A stretch of 64,000 bases of DNA from Ostreococcus lucimarinus. Lineage: Eukaryota. Position numbers and translations under genes: made by a program. Below are positions 61,075 to 64,000 of this stretch, piece after piece (positions within the stretch are counted from its first letter, which is position 1; each line of letters opens with the position of its first letter). The stretch is taken from NCBI GenBank assembly GCA_000092065.1, contig CP000581.1. One strand, 5' to 3'. Below the pieces are notes generated by a model. The model saw nothing but the letters and a program-made list of their open reading frames with translations, did not search any database and was not told where the DNA came from.

Positions 61075-63294
61075 ATGTTTGCCAACTCGTTGGCGCTTCG
61101 GGCGTCGAGCGCGCCTCGCGCACTCCGACAACCACAGCATGGTGCGTCGAGAAATTCTCCTCGCCATAACAGAGTTGTTCGTGTCGTTCGCGCGCAAGCC
61201 AGCGATGCATCCCGCGCCAATGTGAACGCGACGGGTACGATGCGAAGAGAAAGCCTTCGTGTGACGCGACTTCGCGATTTGGTTGAAATTTCCCCGCACG
61301 TGTGGGAAGAATATTCCGATCATTCCCCAGGTTCGGTCTCCGAACTCGGCTCCAAGCAAGGTCAAGTTTTCAAGGAGCTATTGCTCGAGTCCCCGCACTT
61401 CCGCGTGTACTCTTACAACGTCTTACCGTCGGGAGAACATTCCGTCAAGTTTTTGATGGGTTCGCCTCGCATGGACAGCCTCGACGACGTGTCACGAGTC
61501 ACCACCGTGGTCGCGAACGCTGACGAAGGATTAATCAACCTTGTCCCTGAGACGAACGGCAGCGGCTTCGTCGCCGAGATTCGATTCCCTCTGCCAGAGT
61601 TGGAGACACGAACGAAGAAGAATGAGGGCATGTCATCCACGCAAATTCGCGAGAGGCGCCTCAACGGCCTCGTTCGCGCCTTGGAGGAACAAATCATCGA
61701 CGAAAGTCTCATCTGTCTCATGGAAAAGGGCAGTGACGATCGATCAGTCTTCACCGGTGAGGCACGCTTGAACAAGTACTTCACCGGCATGCGCGCTCGC
61801 CCCAGCGAATTGCTTCATCGAGGCACGTGCACGTCGTCTTCTCCCACCGCCGGCGCGCTCCAAGCGTCTCGGGACATGCTTCTCAGACTTTGGGATCTCG
61901 AAGAAAACGCCGACGAGGCACTCTGCGAAGAAGTTCGCGAACGCGTCGAGGCGTTATTCTGCGACGGCAACGGTCGAATGGTTATCCATCCGTCTGGCAC
62001 CGACGCGGAGATGGTTCCGCTCCTTCAAGCAATCCTCGCCTCTCGCGCTCTCAAGCGCCAAGCTGGTTTGACAGACATCAAAGGTGACGTAGTCAACATC
62101 GTGTGCTGCGCCGGTGAAGTCGGAAGCGGCACCACTCAAGCAGCAGAAGGGAAATTCTTCTCGAGCACTGTCCCGTTGGGCGGTTACGGCGTCGTCAACG
62201 GCGAGGAGTTGCCAGCAATTCACAAGCTGTGCAACATGAAATCCATCGAGCTAGTTGCACGATCGTCCGTCAACGGGGATCTACTCGATGAATACGACGA
62301 TATGGTTGAAAGTACGACGCGCAAAGCTCTCGTGGAGAATCCGCACAGAGTCGTCGTCGTGCACTCAGTTGCCGGAAGTAAGACGGGTCTATGCGTCCCG
62401 TCACCAGTCGTCGCCGAGAAACTCAAATCAGAGTTTGGTGACCGCATCATCTCTGTTCTCGATGCGTGTCAAATGCGCAGTGGTCCGTCGCTGATTCCTC
62501 GCTGGCTCAATGAAATGGGTCCTGTTCTCATGACGAGCTCCAAGTTCTACGGCGGTCCGTCCTTTGGAAGTGGCGTCTTTGTGCCCCACGCGTGCTTGGC
62601 GAAGATGAACGAAGAATTGGAAGCGGAACCCGCGAGTGCGGTCGTTGACATCGCCGAGGCGTGCGCATCCTATCTCACGTCTTATGATATCGGTCCTCTC
62701 ATGCCGCGCCTTCACGACGCCATGCCGCCTGGTTTCTGTAACACGGGCTTGCTCCTTCGTTGGGCCGCCGGCTTGTACGAGATGGAATCGCTCAACGACG
62801 CCACCACCAACGCCGGTGGCACGGCAGTCGCTGAAGAAAAACTCCGTTCGTGGGTCTTTGCGATGCGCGAAGAGGCACAACGGCATGCTCCCGAGATCGA
62901 ATTCGTTCAACCGATTGACTACGAGAACGAGTGGCAGTACGGTGGCGTGAACACGATTATCTCTGTTCGCTTGCGCAATCCTGCTGGAGAATATTACTCG
63001 ACGCCCGAGTTGAAGAAAATATATGGTTTGATGCACTCTGATATCTCGGAGCATCTCGCCGACGGTAGCACCGACGAAGAACGTCGCGTTGCTTCGAAGA
63101 GATGTCTCACTGGGCAACCGGTGGACATTCCCGAAGGTCCCGTGTTGCGTGTTGTTCTGGGCGCCGCACAGCTCACCGATTTGGTTAGCGGTGCCCAAAC
63201 CTTGGAAGAGATGATGAAAGAAGATCGTGATCTCTTCAAGAAACTCGTTTTGATCAGCCGACAGTTTTTGCACCTGACGAGCTATGAGTTGTAG
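61075..63294 (+). CDS. PLP-dependent (aminotransferase class V / cysteine-desulfurase-like fold) protein with an organellar presequence and a ~250-aa N-terminal domain of unknown function.
   Basis: MFANSLALRASSAPRAL... presequence. C-terminal half has VVVVHSVAGSKTG...DACQMRSGPSLIPRWLNEMGPVLMTSSKFYGGPSFGSGVFV, which resembles the class V S-x-x-K-F-x-G-G-P fold motif. Coordinates are from the ORF track; my manual count places the ATG 1 bp earlier. Confidence 0.55.
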   Translation: MFANSLALRASSAPRALRQPQHGASRNSPRHNRVVRVVRAQASDASRANVNATGTMRRESLRVTRLRDLVEISPHVWEEYSDHSPGSVSELGSKQGQVFKELLLESPHFRVYSYNVLPSGEHSVKFLMGSPRMDSLDDVSRVTTVVANADEGLINLVPETNGSGFVAEIRFPLPELETRTKKNEGMSSTQIRERRLNGLVRALEEQIIDESLICLMEKGSDDRSVFTGEARLNKYFTGMRARPSELLHRGTCTSSSPTAGALQASRDMLLRLWDLEENADEALCEEVRERVEALFCDGNGRMVIHPSGTDAEMVPLLQAILASRALKRQAGLTDIKGDVVNIVCCAGEVGSGTTQAAEGKFFSSTVPLGGYGVVNGEELPAIHKLCNMKSIELVARSSVNGDLLDEYDDMVESTTRKALVENPHRVVVVHSVAGSKTGLCVPSPVVAEKLKSEFGDRIISVLDACQMRSGPSLIPRWLNEMGPVLMTSSKFYGGPSFGSGVFVPHACLAKMNEELEAEPASAVVDIAEACASYLTSYDIGPLMPRLHDAMPPGFCNTGLLLRWAAGLYEMESLNDATTNAGGTAVAEEKLRSWVFAMREEAQRHAPEIEFVQPIDYENEWQYGGVNTIISVRLRNPAGEYYSTPELKKIYGLMHSDISEHLADGSTDEERRVASKRCLTGQPVDIPEGPVLRVVLGAAQLTDLVSGAQTLEEMMKEDRDLFKKLVLISRQFLHLTSYEL

Positions 63295-63513
63295 CGTCGC
63301 TTCCAGCGAGAAGCCGCTCCTCCCAAAGTAGTTCGCGACTGTCCCTGGGTTGTCGTATTTTTCGAATTGCAACGTTAAAAATGAACGATTGAGCATCTCT
63401 CGAGATGACTTTATGACTTGTGTGAATTAATGGTGAATTAGTTAGAGTGTTGTAGAATTATGACCACGAATGTTCTAGTTGCCTCTGCCGTCAAATTACA
63501 AACTCGAAGTACT

Positions 63514-64000
63514 TCAAGCGATCCCGTCCTTGCTGATCAAATTTTCCTTTTCGCCGCTCTTGGCGTCATCGCTAACTATGGTGATTTCCTTCTTACTCCC
63601 CTTCCGCGCCGCCTTCAAGAACGCGTTGTAATAAAGTGCCCCGAAAACCATGCAAGTTCCGCCCCACTGAGGCAGCGTGAGTGGATGCATGAAGATGATG
63701 CAGCTCAACAGAATACTAATGAACTGACGCGTCGTCATGATGGTGGCGAAAAGAAGCGCACCAAACTCTCGAATGGTGTACAAAATGCAAAGCTGCCCGA
63801 GCATGGCCGCGGTGGAGAGGATGATGACGTCGCCCATGACCCCGGGATGTCGTCCGATGAAGTTGAACGCCTCGGTGAGAGAACTATCACTCAGGAGCCA
63901 GAACAACGAAATCGCCGCGCTGCACAAGTTGACCCAAACCATTTGATTGTATGTTTCCATATGGTATCCCTTGAAGAGCTTGTCTTGAAAAGTCGACGTG
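63514..64000 (-). CDS. Nucleotide-sugar / PAPS transporter, SLC35B (UAA) family, C-terminal part. The 5' end lies beyond the window.
   Basis: LGQLCILYTIREFGALLFATIMTTRQFISILLSCIIFMHPLTLPQWGGTCMVFGALYY plus KK-containing tail. The frame stays open upstream of 63960 to the window edge. Confidence 0.75.
   Translation of the reverse strand, partial: TSTFQDKLFKGYHMETYNQMVWVNLCSAAISLFWLLSDSSLTEAFNFIGRHPGVMGDVIILSTAAMLGQLCILYTIREFGALLFATIMTTRQFISILLSCIIFMHPLTLPQWGGTCMVFGALYYNAFLKAARKGSKKEITIVSDDAKSGEKENLISKDGIA

Overview
This window is eukaryotic nuclear DNA, not a prokaryotic locus. It contains a canonical histone H4, two Nup107-160 (Y) complex nucleoporins (Nup85-like and Nup107-like), SMC5 and a B-type cyclin with a destruction box. 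The cyclin and Nup85 genes each need one GT-AG spliceosomal intron, and the two donors read GAG|GTACGT and GAG|GTACGC. By eye the sequence is roughly two-thirds G+C and very gene-dense: about 40 protein-coding genes in 64 kb, with convergent stop codons as little as 37 bp apart. Several genes carry plastid or green-lineage signatures: an AKR2-like ankyrin protein, MenB, CRY-DASH, a PG_binding_1 domain protein and Arg/Ala/Ser-rich N-termini that look like transit peptides. My inference is a GC-rich picoplanktonic green alga of the Mamiellophyceae type (Micromonas-like); a database search would be needed to confirm that. I found no CRISPR array, rRNA, obvious tRNA or transposon, and no operon-like defence or biosynthetic system. 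The ORF track shows M at alternative start codons (GTG/TTG). I therefore moved most gene starts to the first in-frame ATG after checking the nucleotides. Features worth a second look: (1) a perfect 91-93 bp inverted partial duplicate of the histone H4 3' end, both copies followed by hairpins; (2) a methyltransferase fused to riboflavin kinase; (3) a DUF285 (Mycoplasma-type repeat) membrane protein with a Pro-rich stalk; (4) a peptidoglycan-binding-domain membrane protein; (5) a single-exon 1918-aa protein built from degenerate ankyrin-like repeats; (6) head-to-head gene pairs whose start codons abut or overlap around (GTC)n microsatellites; (7) extremely GC-rich, low-complexity 5' islands that generate long spurious Arg-rich ORFs on both strands; and (8) AT-rich palindromic or CCAAT/TATA promoter elements.
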